A DNA stretch of 64,000 bases from Candidatus Pacebacteria bacterium GW2011_GWA1_46_10 (GTDB taxonomy: Bacteria; Patescibacteriota; Microgenomatia; UBA1400; PJMF01). The stretch covers positions 78,108 to 142,107 of the forward strand of contig LCLP01000001.1 of assembly GCA_001002135.1 (NCBI GenBank), read 5' to 3'. Made by a program: the position numbers and the translations under genes. This document shows positions 44,325 to 53,756 of the stretch, piece by piece; positions within the stretch are counted from its first letter, which is position 1, and each line of letters begins with the position of its first letter. The notes below the pieces were generated by a model, which was given only the letters and a program-made list of their open reading frames with translations, did no database searches and had not been told where the DNA came from.

Positions 44325-46724
44325 TTGGTGGAACAAGAAAGCTCTATGGCATACCCACAGTATCCCAAAACGTATAAAAAACAATTTAAAATCGGTGACA
44401 AAGACGTCACCGTTGAGATTGGCCGCTACTCGGAACAAGTGAACTCGGCAGTGTTAATTACCTGCGGTGAGACCACTGTTCATACGACCGTGGCGCTGGG
44501 ACGAAAAGTCGACCTAGGCTATTTCCCGCTCTCAGTCGAGTTTTCCGAAAAACTCTACGCCGCCGGCATTATTAAGGGCTCCCGTTGGGTCAAGCGTGAA
44601 GGTCGACCATCAGATGACGTGATCCTCAAGGCCCGTGTGATTGATCGAACCTTGCGCCCGTTGTTTCCGGAAGGGATTACCCATGAAGTGCAAGTGGTCA
44701 ACACGGTGTTCTCCTATGACGAAGAAAACGATCCGGATATGCTCGGATTACTAGGCAGTGCTCTCGGCATGGCTGTTTCCGAGATTCCGTTTGACGGACC
44801 GGTAGCAGGCTTGCGGCTTGGTTTTGTGAAGGAAACCGGCAAATTTTTACTGAACCCAACCAATACCGAACGCGAGATCAGTGATCTAGATCTAGTAGTG
44901 TCAGGCCGCGGTGATGCCATTGTGATGGTCGAGGCTGGGGCCAATGAAGTGGCCGAGAGTACCTTGGTCGAGGCGATGACCCTGGCTCAAAAGGAACTTG
45001 GTCAGATTTGTCAGGTGATCGATGAAATTGTTGGTGAGGTAGGTAAAGAGAAGATGGAGCTGGTGACTGAGGAGGAAAAACAAGCAACCGCTGATCTGGA
45101 GGCTTTGGCCGAGAAGATGTATAAAGACTTTGCCAAAGAGGTGCGTGAAGTGGTCGAGGCCGAAGGGCGTCTGGAAACCGTAGATTTTGAAACGATCAGG
45201 GAAAAAATCCTCGCCAGACTCAACGAAGGAATAGAAGATGAGGAACAATTGGTGACCGATAGACAGGTTGCCAGCGCCTTCAATCTGCTGTCCAAAAAAG
45301 AAGCGCGCAAGATGATTCTGGAAGAGAACACGAGACCTGACGGCCGTAAGACTGATGAGATTCGCCCAATCTGGTGTGAAATCGATCTGTTCCCACGCAC
45401 TCATGGTTCAGCCATGTTTAAACGGGGCGCTACTCAAGCAGTGACGATTACTACGTTGGCTGACCCAACTTTAGCTCAGCTGATTGAAAGTATCGAGGGC
45501 GAGGAAAAGCGCCACTATATTCATCATTACAATATGCCCCCCTACGCCTCGGGTGAAGCCGGCCGAATGGGCTGGCCCAAGCGCCGAGAGATCGGCCATG
45601 GCGCCCTGGCGGAGCGAGCGTTGGTGCCGATGCTGCCGGATCAAAAAGTCTTTCCCTACACCATCCACGTAGTGTCGGAAATCATGAGTTCCAATGGCTC
45701 CACTTCACAGGCGTCGGTCTGTGGTTCGACTTTGTCGCTGATGGCCGCCGGCGTGCCCATTAAGCGCCCCGTAGCGGGTATTGCGATGGGATTGATGTCT
45801 GATGGCAAAAAATACATTGTTTTATCGGACATTCAGGGTTTGGAAGACCATGTTGGTGATATGGATTTTAAGGTGGCTGGTACCGCGGAGGGTGTCACTG
45901 CTTTGCAGATGGATATCAAGTTAAAGGGTGTGCCACAAACTGTCTTGAAAGAAGCCCTCGATCAAGCGAAAGTTGGTCGCCTGCATATCTTGGATGCGAT
46001 GCTTAAGGTGATTAGTGAGCCGAGGAAACAAATTTCCCGTTACGCGCCGAAAGTAGTTCAGCTGGAGATCCCGGCGGATAAAATCGGCGAGCTGATCGGC
46101 CCGGGGGGCAAGATGATTAAGTCGCTGATCGAAGAGACTGGTGCTGAGATTAATGTGGATGAGGATGAGGAGCGAGAAGTAGGGATCGTTAATATTTCTT
46201 CCAGTGAGCAATCACAAATTGACGCTGCCGTGGAAAAAATCTCTAGTATGATGCGCGTGGTGGAGATTGGGGATGAGTTTGACGGTACCGTTACTCGCGT
46301 GGAGAGTTATGGTGCGTTTGTCGAATACTTACCTGGTCGCGAAGGTCTAGTGCACGTGTCGGAAATGTCGCTGACGCGCATTGATAACGTTAACGACGTG
46401 GTGAAATTAGGGGATACAGTCCATGTGCGAGTAAACGAGATTAAAGAAGACGGTAAGATTGGTTTATCCATGCTCTCAACCGAAGAGTCGGAGCAGAAAC
46501 GCTCCCAGCGTCGCCCTGGTGGCGATCGCGGTGGGGATGGCGGTTTTCAGATGCGACGCTTCGGCGGCAATGGCCGCGGCGGTGACCGTCGGGGAGGTGG
46601 AGGCTATCGTGGTGGCAGTGGTGGCAGTGGTGGCTACCATGGTGGTGATCGTCGGGGCGGCGGTTACCGGGGTGGGCGATCCAGTGGCCCGCGCGACGGC
46701 TTTCGCATGAGGGAAGAAAACTAA
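44325..46724 (+). CDS. pnp: Polyribonucleotide nucleotidyltransferase (PNPase) with a C-terminal Arg/Gly/Tyr-rich tail
   Basis: Two RNase PH domains, KH (GPGGKMIKSLIEETGA) and S1 domains. It is followed by a 70-aa tail RRPGGDRGGDGGFQMRRFGGNGRGGDRRGGGGYRGGSGGSGGYHGGDRRGGGYRGG. The likely start is the ATG at 44346. Confidence 0.9.
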   Translation: MVEQESSMAYPQYPKTYKKQFKIGDKDVTVEIGRYSEQVNSAVLITCGETTVHTTVALGRKVDLGYFPLSVEFSEKLYAAGIIKGSRWVKREGRPSDDVILKARVIDRTLRPLFPEGITHEVQVVNTVFSYDEENDPDMLGLLGSALGMAVSEIPFDGPVAGLRLGFVKETGKFLLNPTNTEREISDLDLVVSGRGDAIVMVEAGANEVAESTLVEAMTLAQKELGQICQVIDEIVGEVGKEKMELVTEEEKQATADLEALAEKMYKDFAKEVREVVEAEGRLETVDFETIREKILARLNEGIEDEEQLVTDRQVASAFNLLSKKEARKMILEENTRPDGRKTDEIRPIWCEIDLFPRTHGSAMFKRGATQAVTITTLADPTLAQLIESIEGEEKRHYIHHYNMPPYASGEAGRMGWPKRREIGHGALAERALVPMLPDQKVFPYTIHVVSEIMSSNGSTSQASVCGSTLSLMAAGVPIKRPVAGIAMGLMSDGKKYIVLSDIQGLEDHVGDMDFKVAGTAEGVTALQMDIKLKGVPQTVLKEALDQAKVGRLHILDAMLKVISEPRKQISRYAPKVVQLEIPADKIGELIGPGGKMIKSLIEETGAEINVDEDEEREVGIVNISSSEQSQIDAAVEKISSMMRVVEIGDEFDGTVTRVESYGAFVEYLPGREGLVHVSEMSLTRIDNVNDVVKLGDTVHVRVNEIKEDGKIGLSMLSTEESEQKRSQRRPGGDRGGDGGFQMRRFGGNGRGGDRRGGGGYRGGSGGSGGYHGGDRRGGGYRGGRSSGPRDGFRMREEN

Positions 46725-46838
46725 GTTGTCGCTGCTTTACAATTTTTTTCTTTGCAGTCGAACTCACTCGGCCTACGGCCGGCTTCAAATCCGTTTACTG
46801 CAGGAAAATGAAGAGAGAAGTCTTGTATACTTGATTCC

Positions 46839-47687
46839 GTGAAATTATCTGCCCTGAAAAATTCCGCTGGTGTCTATGGTTTGGTGGCGCTCGACGAGGC
46901 GTATGTCTTGGCGGAACTGATGGGGTTATCGCTCAAAGAACCATCACATGAAGAGATTTTACAGTCCATTTTGGCGATGTTGACTCGAGTTTATTCTGAA
47001 CACGCCACCGGTGTTGTTTTTGATCCGGTGTATTCATTGCCGTTTCTAGACCAAAAACATGATCAAGCGGGTACGGTGATTCGGTTGGAACAACCCGCGC
47101 CGCCCGATCCGTTGACGGTCCCTAAGTTTCCGCCTAACTGGGGAATCGAGCATATCCGCAATCTGTATGGGGTAGCGAAGCTGGAGTTGTATTACCATCC
47201 GGCAGAGGAAACGGCTTCGGCAAAGAAAAAACTAGTTTCGGAGGTCTTTGATTTTTGTCAGTACGAAAAGATTGATTTTCTCCTGAAACTAATTATCTAC
47301 CACCCGCCCAAAGAGACGCTCACGACCGCGCAATTTCAAGAAGTTCAGCTGGAAGCGATTAGTGAGCTACAGCGCTCTGCCAATCTGTTGGCTGTGCAGT
47401 ATCCCCAAGATCCACTGGCCGCGGCGACGTTGACCAGCGAGTTGGATATTCCCTGGTTAATGATCGATGACGGAGTGAAATACGACAAATTTAAAGATCA
47501 ACTACGAGTGGCGTTGGAGAACGGCGCTCAGGGGTTTCTGGTGGACGAGGTGTTATGGCAAGAGGTCGGGAAGATGCGCCTCAAGGATCAGAGTCCCGAT
47601 TTGCCGGCGATTGAAAAGTTTTTACAAACCACTAGTAAAGACCGCATGATTGAATTGATGCGGATTGCTGGCGAGGAGCGAGAATAA
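46839..47687 (+). CDS. Hypothetical protein with weak resemblance to the LacD/class I aldolase-like TIM-barrel family
   Basis: The N-terminal pattern LVALDEAYVL...VVFDPVYSLPF resembles the LacD-type ALAFDQRG...ILLDPEYGLP. The call is tentative. Confidence 0.4.
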   Translation: MKLSALKNSAGVYGLVALDEAYVLAELMGLSLKEPSHEEILQSILAMLTRVYSEHATGVVFDPVYSLPFLDQKHDQAGTVIRLEQPAPPDPLTVPKFPPNWGIEHIRNLYGVAKLELYYHPAEETASAKKKLVSEVFDFCQYEKIDFLLKLIIYHPPKETLTTAQFQEVQLEAISELQRSANLLAVQYPQDPLAAATLTSELDIPWLMIDDGVKYDKFKDQLRVALENGAQGFLVDEVLWQEVGKMRLKDQSPDLPAIEKFLQTTSKDRMIELMRIAGEERE

Positions 47688-47743
47688 AATTTGTGAGATA
47701 GCCAACTGTCTGCGCCCTTTTTATTTGTTACAGTGATGTCAGG

Positions 47744-48379
47744 TTGAGCAGTATTTTTCAGAAAGGATCTATGCACTACGAACTACCCCAATTACCGTAT
47801 GACTACAATGCGCTGGAACCACACCTTGATGCCAGGACGATGGAGATTCACCATACCAAGCACCATCAGGGATATGTCGATAAACTCAATGACGCAATGA
47901 AGCAAGTGCCGGAGCTTGATGTGGAAGTGACTGAACTAATGGGTCACTTGGACGAGATTAAAGATGAAGCGGTTCGCAAAGCTGTCCGCAATAACGGCGG
48001 CGGTCATGTCAACCACTCGTTGTTTTGGCAGGTGATGTCGCCGGAGAAGAGTGAACAGGGTGAAGCACTCCAAAAAGCGCTGGCTGAAGCCTTTGGCAGT
48101 CTGGATAATTTTAAGACTCAATTTGCCGCGGCTGGGGCGGGTCAGTTTGGCTCTGGTTGGGCGTGGTTAGTGGTTGACGCTGGTAAGTTGTCGATTATGA
48201 GCACGCCGAACCAAGACAACCCGTGGATGGAGGGGAAAACCCCGATTCTGGGACTTGATGTGTGGGAACATGCCTATTACCTCAATTACCAAAATCGTCG
48301 GCCGGACTATATCGCGGCGTGGTGGAACGTGGTGAATTGGATGAAAGTCAGTGAGTTGTATGATCAAGCGATAAAATAG
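47744..48379 (+). CDS. sodA: Fe/Mn superoxide dismutase
   Basis: [21 protein letters not shown] and the C-terminal DVWEHAYYL metal-ligand motif. The likely start is the ATG at 47771. Confidence 0.9.
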   Translation: MSSIFQKGSMHYELPQLPYDYNALEPHLDARTMEIHHTKHHQGYVDKLNDAMKQVPELDVEVTELMGHLDEIKDEAVRKAVRNNGGGHVNHSLFWQVMSPEKSEQGEALQKALAEAFGSLDNFKTQFAAAGAGQFGSGWAWLVVDAGKLSIMSTPNQDNPWMEGKTPILGLDVWEHAYYLNYQNRRPDYIAAWWNVVNWMKVSELYDQAIK

Positions 48380-48402
48380 GTTGAAGGCACCAGTAAATTG
48401 GA

Positions 48403-48430
48403 AAAGGAGGGCTTTGTTCTCCTTTTTTTT
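48403..48430 (+). terminator. Rho-independent terminator after sod
   Basis: AGGAG-ggctttgtt-CTCCT followed by TTTTTTTT. Further hairpin/T-run elements lie at 48440-48510. Confidence 0.55.
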
Positions 48431-48528
48431 GTCAAAATCACACCTTTTTTTTTCGCTTAATATTCGCTACTGTATATTGAAGTGGTAAAGCCGGTAGGAG
48501 GCTTTTTTATTTCTAAAAGCCAAAAGGA

Positions 48529-49116
48529 TTGATGTTGCAAGTTATTTTAGATGTCGAGACGCAGAAAATTTTTGACGAAGTCGGTGGCTACTTTCCTGAT
48601 CGGTTGAAGATTTCTTTCGCCGGCATCAATGTCAGAAGCGGCTACGGTGAGGCCGGTGAGTTTCGCTCCTACTTTGAAAAAGATATTCCTAAACTGCTGT
48701 CGCTGCTGGAAAAGGCTGATGTAATCGTCGGTTTTAATATTGATGATTTTGACTTGCCCACTTTCACACCATACTACAACGGGGATGTTAGTCGGTTTCC
48801 CACTTTGGACATTATGAAACGGATTAAAAACAGCACTGGTCACCGGGTGGGTTTGGACGCCGTGGCCAAAGAGACACTTGGCAAAGGCAAGATCGGCAAT
48901 GGCATGGACGCGATTCAGTTTTTCAAAAACAAAGAGTGGAAGAAACTGGAGAAATATTGTCTGCAGGATGTGAAAGTGACGCGGGACTTGCTGGATTATG
49001 GCTATTCCAAAGGTCAGGTGAAGTTCCGCAATAAATGGAATCGGCTCGTCACCGCGCCGGTGGATTTTACCTATACTCCCAAAAAACATACTGGGATCCA
49101 GATGAGTCTCATCTAA
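48529..49116 (+). CDS. DEDDy-type 3'-5' exonuclease (RNase H-like superfamily)
   Basis: Exo I LDVETQ (DxE). Exo II VGFNIDDFDLP. Exo III YCLQDVKVTRDL (YxxxD). The fully overlapping antisense ORF has no motifs. Confidence 0.65.
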   Translation: MMLQVILDVETQKIFDEVGGYFPDRLKISFAGINVRSGYGEAGEFRSYFEKDIPKLLSLLEKADVIVGFNIDDFDLPTFTPYYNGDVSRFPTLDIMKRIKNSTGHRVGLDAVAKETLGKGKIGNGMDAIQFFKNKEWKKLEKYCLQDVKVTRDLLDYGYSKGQVKFRNKWNRLVTAPVDFTYTPKKHTGIQMSLI

Positions 49117-49159
49117 TTTTTCCACAGTGTCATTTAAATGTCAGGTTCGGTCAGCATAC

Positions 49160-49378
49160 TGAAAATGTCTTGGCGGTATGCCGCCGAAGTTCATCTAGTA
49201 GAATACCTGGTTTGTCACCCAGGTGGTGCGGGTGCAAATCCCGTCGGCGGCGCCAAGACATTTTTGACTTTTAATTTTCTATTGCTATAGTACGAATACC
49301 TGGGTGACAAAAGATATTCTTCGAAGGATGAACTTCGATGAAACCCAAAAGACCCCCGATAAAATCGGGGGTTTTTTG
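49160..49378 (+). ncRNA. Structured RNA leader (riboswitch-like) upstream of the Nudix genes. It has a three-way-junction aptamer-like fold, a duplicated switching segment and an intrinsic terminator.
   Basis: Long-range helix AAAATGTCTTGGCG (49162-49175) pairs with CGCCAAGACATTTT (49251-49264). Second tier GCCGCCGA pairs with TCGGCGGC. Inner hairpins are ACCTGG-tttgtcac-CCAGGT and GCGGG-tgcaaat-CCCG. The duplicated segment GAATACCTGGGTGACAAA (49294-49311) is complementary to TTTGTCACCCAGGT of the first hairpin. Terminator: CCCCCGAtaaaaTCGGGGG followed by TTTTTT (49351-49377). Confidence 0.4.
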
Positions 49379-49416
49379 ATGGGCTGAAACTATCCTGTCG
49401 GTGTTAAAATTCCCCT

Positions 49417-49959
49417 GTGGTAAAACAAACTCAATTGTCCCCGAAGATTTGCATGACTGCCTCTGGTTTTCTGGTGCACAACGGCAAAGTCTTGCTGATT
49501 AAGCACAAAAAACTCGGTTACTGGCTGGCACCGGGCGGACACGTGGAAGAAGGTGAGTTGCCCCATCAGGCTGCGGAGCGGGAAGTGTGGGAAGAGACTG
49601 GTCTGAAGGTGAAAGCGGTTTCCGCCGGCACGCTTTTGCAATCGAGTAGTCAGACCAGTTACCACCCGCTGCCGTTTGCGATTAATCTGCATTGGATCAG
49701 CAAAGAAAATTACCAAGCACGGCTCAAAAGCAATAATCCAACCAAGCCTCACCCAAACAAACTCTGGCCCAAGGGCTGCGAACAGCACGTCGTCTTGGTG
49801 CATTTAGTACAATCTACTGGCAGCTTGGATTTCAAACAAAATCTGGAAGAAACGGATGGTATCGGTTGGTTCGGTCTCAAAGAGTTAGAGGAACTGGAAA
49901 CGATTCAGGAAATCAGAGAGGAAGCCAAGCTGGCACTGGAATATGGAAAAAATGAGTAA
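49417..49959 (+). CDS. Nudix hydrolase
   Basis: Nudix box [24 protein letters not shown] (GX5EX7REUXEEXGU). The likely start is an internal ATG near 49453. Confidence 0.8.
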   Translation: MVKQTQLSPKICMTASGFLVHNGKVLLIKHKKLGYWLAPGGHVEEGELPHQAAEREVWEETGLKVKAVSAGTLLQSSSQTSYHPLPFAINLHWISKENYQARLKSNNPTKPHPNKLWPKGCEQHVVLVHLVQSTGSLDFKQNLEETDGIGWFGLKELEELETIQEIREEAKLALEYGKNE

Positions 49960-50431
49960 CCAATTAACTGACAAAGTGAAGTTTGTTCAAAAAGTGGCCT
50001 TAATTCATGAGGATAAGGTGCTGATTCTTAAACGTAGTAATGATTCTCAATCCAGACCAGGAGCGTGGGATTTACCTGGCGGAAATACTGAGTGGCCAGA
50101 TCTTACACAACCAACAGGAAATTCTCATACGGCGGATATTGTGCGTGAGGTTGAAGAGGAAACAGGATTAAAGATTAATCCTGAAAAATTTAACGATCAA
50201 AGTCTTGTTCTGTTTTATACTTTTTTTGAGCCAGATATTCAGCGTTATTCATTCAATTGCGGCTGGCGAGTGCTGTTGTCAAACGATTTTGATCCAAACT
50301 CAATTGTTATCTCGAATGAGCACACTGACCAAGTGTGGATCTCACTGACAGAGCTTGATCAATATGATTTCGGTGAGCCGATTGGTACGTACATCAAAAC
50401 CATCATCCGCAACGCGTTGCAGAGGAAATAA
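49943..50431 (+). CDS. Second Nudix hydrolase (divergent Nudix box with an insertion)
   Basis: PGGNTEW...[13 protein letters not shown] resembles a Nudix box with a roughly 12-aa insertion. It overlaps the upstream Nudix gene by 17 nt. Confidence 0.6.
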   Translation: MEKMSNQLTDKVKFVQKVALIHEDKVLILKRSNDSQSRPGAWDLPGGNTEWPDLTQPTGNSHTADIVREVEEETGLKINPEKFNDQSLVLFYTFFEPDIQRYSFNCGWRVLLSNDFDPNSIVISNEHTDQVWISLTELDQYDFGEPIGTYIKTIIRNALQRK

Positions 50432-50434
50432 TTC

Positions 50435-51187
50435 ATGAAAACGAGTCTCAAAATAGCCGGCCTGAAGGCTTCGGTTGCTGATGCCACCATCCTGCGAGGG
50501 ATTGACTTGGAATTGAAGCAGGGTCAGATGGTGGTGATTATGGGGCCGAATGGTTCCGGTAAATCAACGTTGGCCAAAGCACTGACTGGTCACCCGGAAT
50601 ACACGGTCAAGGGTTCAGTAAAATTGAACGGCAAGGAATTGCTGGGGTTAGCTCCTGATGAGCGGGCGAAGGCTGGGTTGTTTTTGGCCTTCCAGTACCC
50701 GGTCGAGATTCCCGGGGTGAAGGTCTTGAATTTTCTCTGGACGGTCTACACCCAGCAACACCCGGAACGCACCAGGCGCATTCACCCTTCAATCGTTGAT
50801 TTCCGCGATTGGCTGGTTGGCAAGGCCAACGAACTGGGTATTCCTGATAGTTTACTGATGCGCGGTTTGAACGAGGGTTTTAGTGGCGGTGAAAAGAAAC
50901 GGCTGGAAATTCTGCAGATGGCAGTGATGCAGCCAAAATTTGCCATTTTGGATGAAACGGATTCAGGTCTGGATATTGACGCGATTAAGACTGTGGCGGA
51001 GGGGGTGAATAAAATTCAGCGGGAGACGGACATGGGGGTGATTGTGATTACGCACTATCAGCGGATTTTGCAATATCTCAAATTTGATATTGTTCATGTG
51101 ATGGTCAATGGTCGGATTATTAAGAGCGGCGGTCCGGAGTTGGTAGAGGAGTTGGAACAAAGGGGTTATGGCGAGATTCGCGGCTAA
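50435..51187 (+). CDS. sufC: Fe-S cluster assembly ATPase SufC
   Basis: Walker A GPNGSGKST. ABC signature LSGGEKKR. Walker B ILDETDSGLD. About 250 aa. Confidence 0.9.
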   Translation: MKTSLKIAGLKASVADATILRGIDLELKQGQMVVIMGPNGSGKSTLAKALTGHPEYTVKGSVKLNGKELLGLAPDERAKAGLFLAFQYPVEIPGVKVLNFLWTVYTQQHPERTRRIHPSIVDFRDWLVGKANELGIPDSLLMRGLNEGFSGGEKKRLEILQMAVMQPKFAILDETDSGLDIDAIKTVAEGVNKIQRETDMGVIVITHYQRILQYLKFDIVHVMVNGRIIKSGGPELVEELEQRGYGEIRG

Positions 51188-52598
51188 AAAAACCAGTAAA
51201 CCAGGTGATAGCTTGATTCGCGATGATTACGAGCACGGTTATTCGTTCGACACGGATTCGTATGAATTCAAATCGGGCAAGGGGTTAACGGAAAAAATTA
51301 TTCACCAGCTTTCCCGGATGAAAAATGAACCGAAGTGGATGTTGGAGACGCGGCTGCGGGCGTTTGGTGAGTTCCAAGCGCGACCGAACCCAATGTGGGG
51401 TGGGGATTTATCGCCGATTAAGTTCGACGATATTTCATATTACTTGAAGCCAACTGAAAAGGTGGTGAAATCCTGGGCGGATGTACCCAAAGACGTCAAA
51501 GAAACCTTTGATCGCATTGGTGTGCCGAAGGCGGAACGCAAGTTTCTGGCGGGAGTAAAGGCGCAGTACGACAGTGAGGTGGTCTACGGGTCGCTGAAGA
51601 GCACTTGGGTGAAAGATGGCGTGATCTTCCTGTCGATGGATGAGGGGCTGGCCAAGTATCCGGATTTAGTCAAAGAATATTTTGGTTCAGTCATTCCCTT
51701 AAATGATAATAAGTACGCGGCCTTGAACACGGCGGTTTGGTCGGGCGGATCGTTTGTTTACGTGCCAAAAAATGTCCACGTCAAAATGCCGCTGCAAACG
51801 TATTTCCGGATTAACGCAGAGGCGTTCGGGCAGTTTGAGCGGACGTTGATCATTGTCGATGAGGGGGCGAGTGTGCACTACATTGAGGGCTGCACGGCGC
51901 CGCAGTTTAACAGTACGTCTCTTCATTCTGCGGTTGTTGAAATTATTGTCAAAAAAGGCGCGCGCTGTCAGTACACGACGGTCCAAAACTGGTATAAAAA
52001 CATTTACAACCTGGTGACCAAACGCGCCCACGTGAGTGAAGAGGGGCAGATGGTCTGGACGGATTTCAACATGGGTTCCAAGGTGACGATGAAGTACCCC
52101 AGTTTCATTCTAGCCGGCAAGGGTGCCAAGGGGGAAACGCTGTCGATGGCGCTGGCCGGTGAAGGTCAGCATCAAGATACGGGTTCTAAGGCGACGCATT
52201 TAGCGCCATATACGTCTTCGACGATTATTGCCAAATCGATCAGTAAGGGCGGGGGGCGCACGAGTTACAGAGGTAAGGTTTTTATCTCGCCCAACGCCCA
52301 CCACAGTAAAAACACGGTCGTTTGTGACGCGCTATTGCTTGACGACAAATCCCGCTCAGATACCTATCCCGTTGACCAGGTCTACAACAACCAAGTGGAG
52401 ATTCAGCACGAGGCGACGGTGTCCAAAATTGGTGACGACCAACTCTTTTACCTCATGACTCGCGGTATGAGTGAGGAAAACTCCCGTAAAATGATCGTCA
52501 ACGGGTTTATCGCGGATCTGGTTAAAAAACTTCCCCTTGAATACGCGGTGGAAATGAATCGGCTGATTGATTTTGAAATGGAGGGTTCGATCGGATGA
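51168..52598 (+). CDS. sufB: Fe-S cluster assembly protein SufB
   Basis: The conserved SufB beta-helix core and C-terminal region (...GQMVWTDFNMGSKVTMKYPSFILAGKGAKGETLSMALAGEGQHQDTG...). It ends on TGA, overlapping the sufD ATG. Confidence 0.9.
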   Translation: MARFAAKKTSKPGDSLIRDDYEHGYSFDTDSYEFKSGKGLTEKIIHQLSRMKNEPKWMLETRLRAFGEFQARPNPMWGGDLSPIKFDDISYYLKPTEKVVKSWADVPKDVKETFDRIGVPKAERKFLAGVKAQYDSEVVYGSLKSTWVKDGVIFLSMDEGLAKYPDLVKEYFGSVIPLNDNKYAALNTAVWSGGSFVYVPKNVHVKMPLQTYFRINAEAFGQFERTLIIVDEGASVHYIEGCTAPQFNSTSLHSAVVEIIVKKGARCQYTTVQNWYKNIYNLVTKRAHVSEEGQMVWTDFNMGSKVTMKYPSFILAGKGAKGETLSMALAGEGQHQDTGSKATHLAPYTSSTIIAKSISKGGGRTSYRGKVFISPNAHHSKNTVVCDALLLDDKSRSDTYPVDQVYNNQVEIQHEATVSKIGDDQLFYLMTRGMSEENSRKMIVNGFIADLVKKLPLEYAVEMNRLIDFEMEGSIG

Positions 52599-53086
52599 TT
52601 ACTTATACGATTAAAAAAAATCAGTCCAAAAAAATTGAACTGACCAAGCCCGGCCAGTATACCGTTGAATTAGTAGGCGAGGGAGCAGAGGCCTTGGTGT
52701 CCGGTGTGTTTCAAACCAAAGATAAAGAAACTATCGCCACGGAAATCTTAATTCACCACAAATCCCCCCACACCAGCGCCAAGACCACTCTCAAGGGAGT
52801 GGCTCGCGACCAATCGTATTTGCGCTTTAAAGGAAAAATTATTATCGATGAGCACTGCGGCGACACCCGCTCCTTTCTCACCGAGCGCGTGCTGCTTCTT
52901 TCCCCCCAAGCCAAAGCCGAGGCCGTACCCGATCTGGAAATTAAAACCAGCGACGTCTCTTGCTCCCACGCCGCTAGTGTCAGCAACATACCGGAAGAGC
53001 ACATTTTTTACCTACAGGCACGTGGGTTGGACCGACGCAAAGCGGAGGAAATAATTGTCGAGGGGTTTTTAACTGTATCTAACTAA
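52595..53086 (+). CDS. sufD: Short SufD-like protein (C-terminal SufBD domain only)
   Basis: 163 aa with SufB/D-type C-terminal motifs (...FLTERVLLLSPQAKAEAVPDLEI...SHAASVSNIPEEHIFYLQARGL). It is translationally coupled to sufB. Confidence 0.7.
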   Translation: MITYTIKKNQSKKIELTKPGQYTVELVGEGAEALVSGVFQTKDKETIATEILIHHKSPHTSAKTTLKGVARDQSYLRFKGKIIIDEHCGDTRSFLTERVLLLSPQAKAEAVPDLEIKTSDVSCSHAASVSNIPEEHIFYLQARGLDRRKAEEIIVEGFLTVSN

Positions 53087-53460
53087 TCTAATAGATAAAT
53101 TCTTACTGCTTCAATGACTGCTTTTTTAAATTTAATGATACATGTATTCATATCATTACCAGTGCTATTACCCAAAGTGTCTTTGAGAAATTTGTCGTCT
53201 TTACGAGGTGAAGCTTTCAAAGTAACTCTGAATGAACAGTTTGGAAATGGCGTAAAAGTTGCCCAAAAAAACCTTTGTTCTCTTTTTTTCTCTCCCCGTC
53301 CAAAATAAGGAAGGAATAGTTCTATGCCTAATTCATTAACGTTTTCAAGAGTGTAATAATACCGAACACTCGAAAGCTCAACATCTATATCCTTTCCTTG
53401 TTTTATCCCTTCGTATCCGAGCGGGTTGTGTTCTAGGTCAGGTACGGAAGGTGATTTCAT
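53083..53460 (-). CDS. Hypothetical protein encoded in an AT-rich insert. It is the downstream part of a longer minus-strand frame, 53703-53083, that contains a single in-frame TGA.
   Basis: A 125-aa ORF. The same frame extends upstream to the ATG at 53703 (RBS AAAGGA) with only one stop, TGA at 53661-53659. GC content is locally much lower than the flanks. Confidence 0.35.
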   Translation of the reverse strand: MKSPSVPDLEHNPLGYEGIKQGKDIDVELSSVRYYYTLENVNELGIELFLPYFGRGEKKREQRFFWATFTPFPNCSFRVTLKASPRKDDKFLKDTLGNSTGNDMNTCIIKFKKAVIEAVRIYLLD

Positions 53461-53756
53461 TGTAGCCGCCCACTTAGCTTTTAGCTTAGAAATTTTTACT
53501 CCAACTTTGTGTTGTTTTAGCTCGTCAATAATGGGTTGTAATTGTGAAAGAAGGGTCTCAATGAGTTTCTGAGCTTTTTCGATGTTTTCTGGGTCACCAT
53601 ATAAATGGTATCTATTTTTATCTTTCCCTGTATTTGCACGTGAGCTTAGTTCTTGTGCTCATCTTCTTGCTTCATCAAAAATTTCTGAGGAGTTACCTGA
53701 CATTTTTCCTTTCACTTAGTTAATGCCAGGGAATGATTATATCAAAATAGGTCATT

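Noticed and set aside
44714-45404. Several minus-strand ORFs of 69-167 aa inside pnp
   Set aside because: They are antisense to a highly conserved PNPase coding region and have no motifs.
46441-46788. 115-aa His/Arg-rich minus-strand ORF
   Set aside because: It is the antisense reading of the GGT/GGC repeat DNA that encodes the PNPase RGG tail. It is a compositional artefact.
46741-46800. tRNA-like TTCAAATCC T-loop motif after pnp
   Set aside because: The flanking bases do not form a T-stem or cloverleaf. It is more likely part of a GGCC-tac-GGCC hairpin at the pnp 3' end.
48547-49125. 192-aa ORF on the minus strand fully overlapping the 195-aa plus-strand ORF
   Set aside because: The plus-strand product carries ordered DEDDy exonuclease motifs (DxE, Exo II, YxxxD). 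The minus-strand product has no recognisable motifs and looks like a shadow ORF.
49160-49290. Identification of the structured element as SRP RNA, 6S RNA, tmRNA or RNase P RNA
   Set aside because: It does not resemble the SRP helix-8, RNase P or tmRNA consensus motifs I could recall from memory. The three-way junction differs from the single extended SRP or 6S hairpins. It is left as an unclassified riboswitch-like leader.
53659-53661. In-frame TGA (and the in-frame TAG at 31843) as evidence for an alternative genetic code (UGA=Gly, code 25)
   Set aside because: sufB and the GT4 gene end on TGA with overlapping downstream starts, and long housekeeping ORFs such as groEL, dnaK and pnp are intact under the standard code. 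The genome therefore uses code 11, and the stops are local events.
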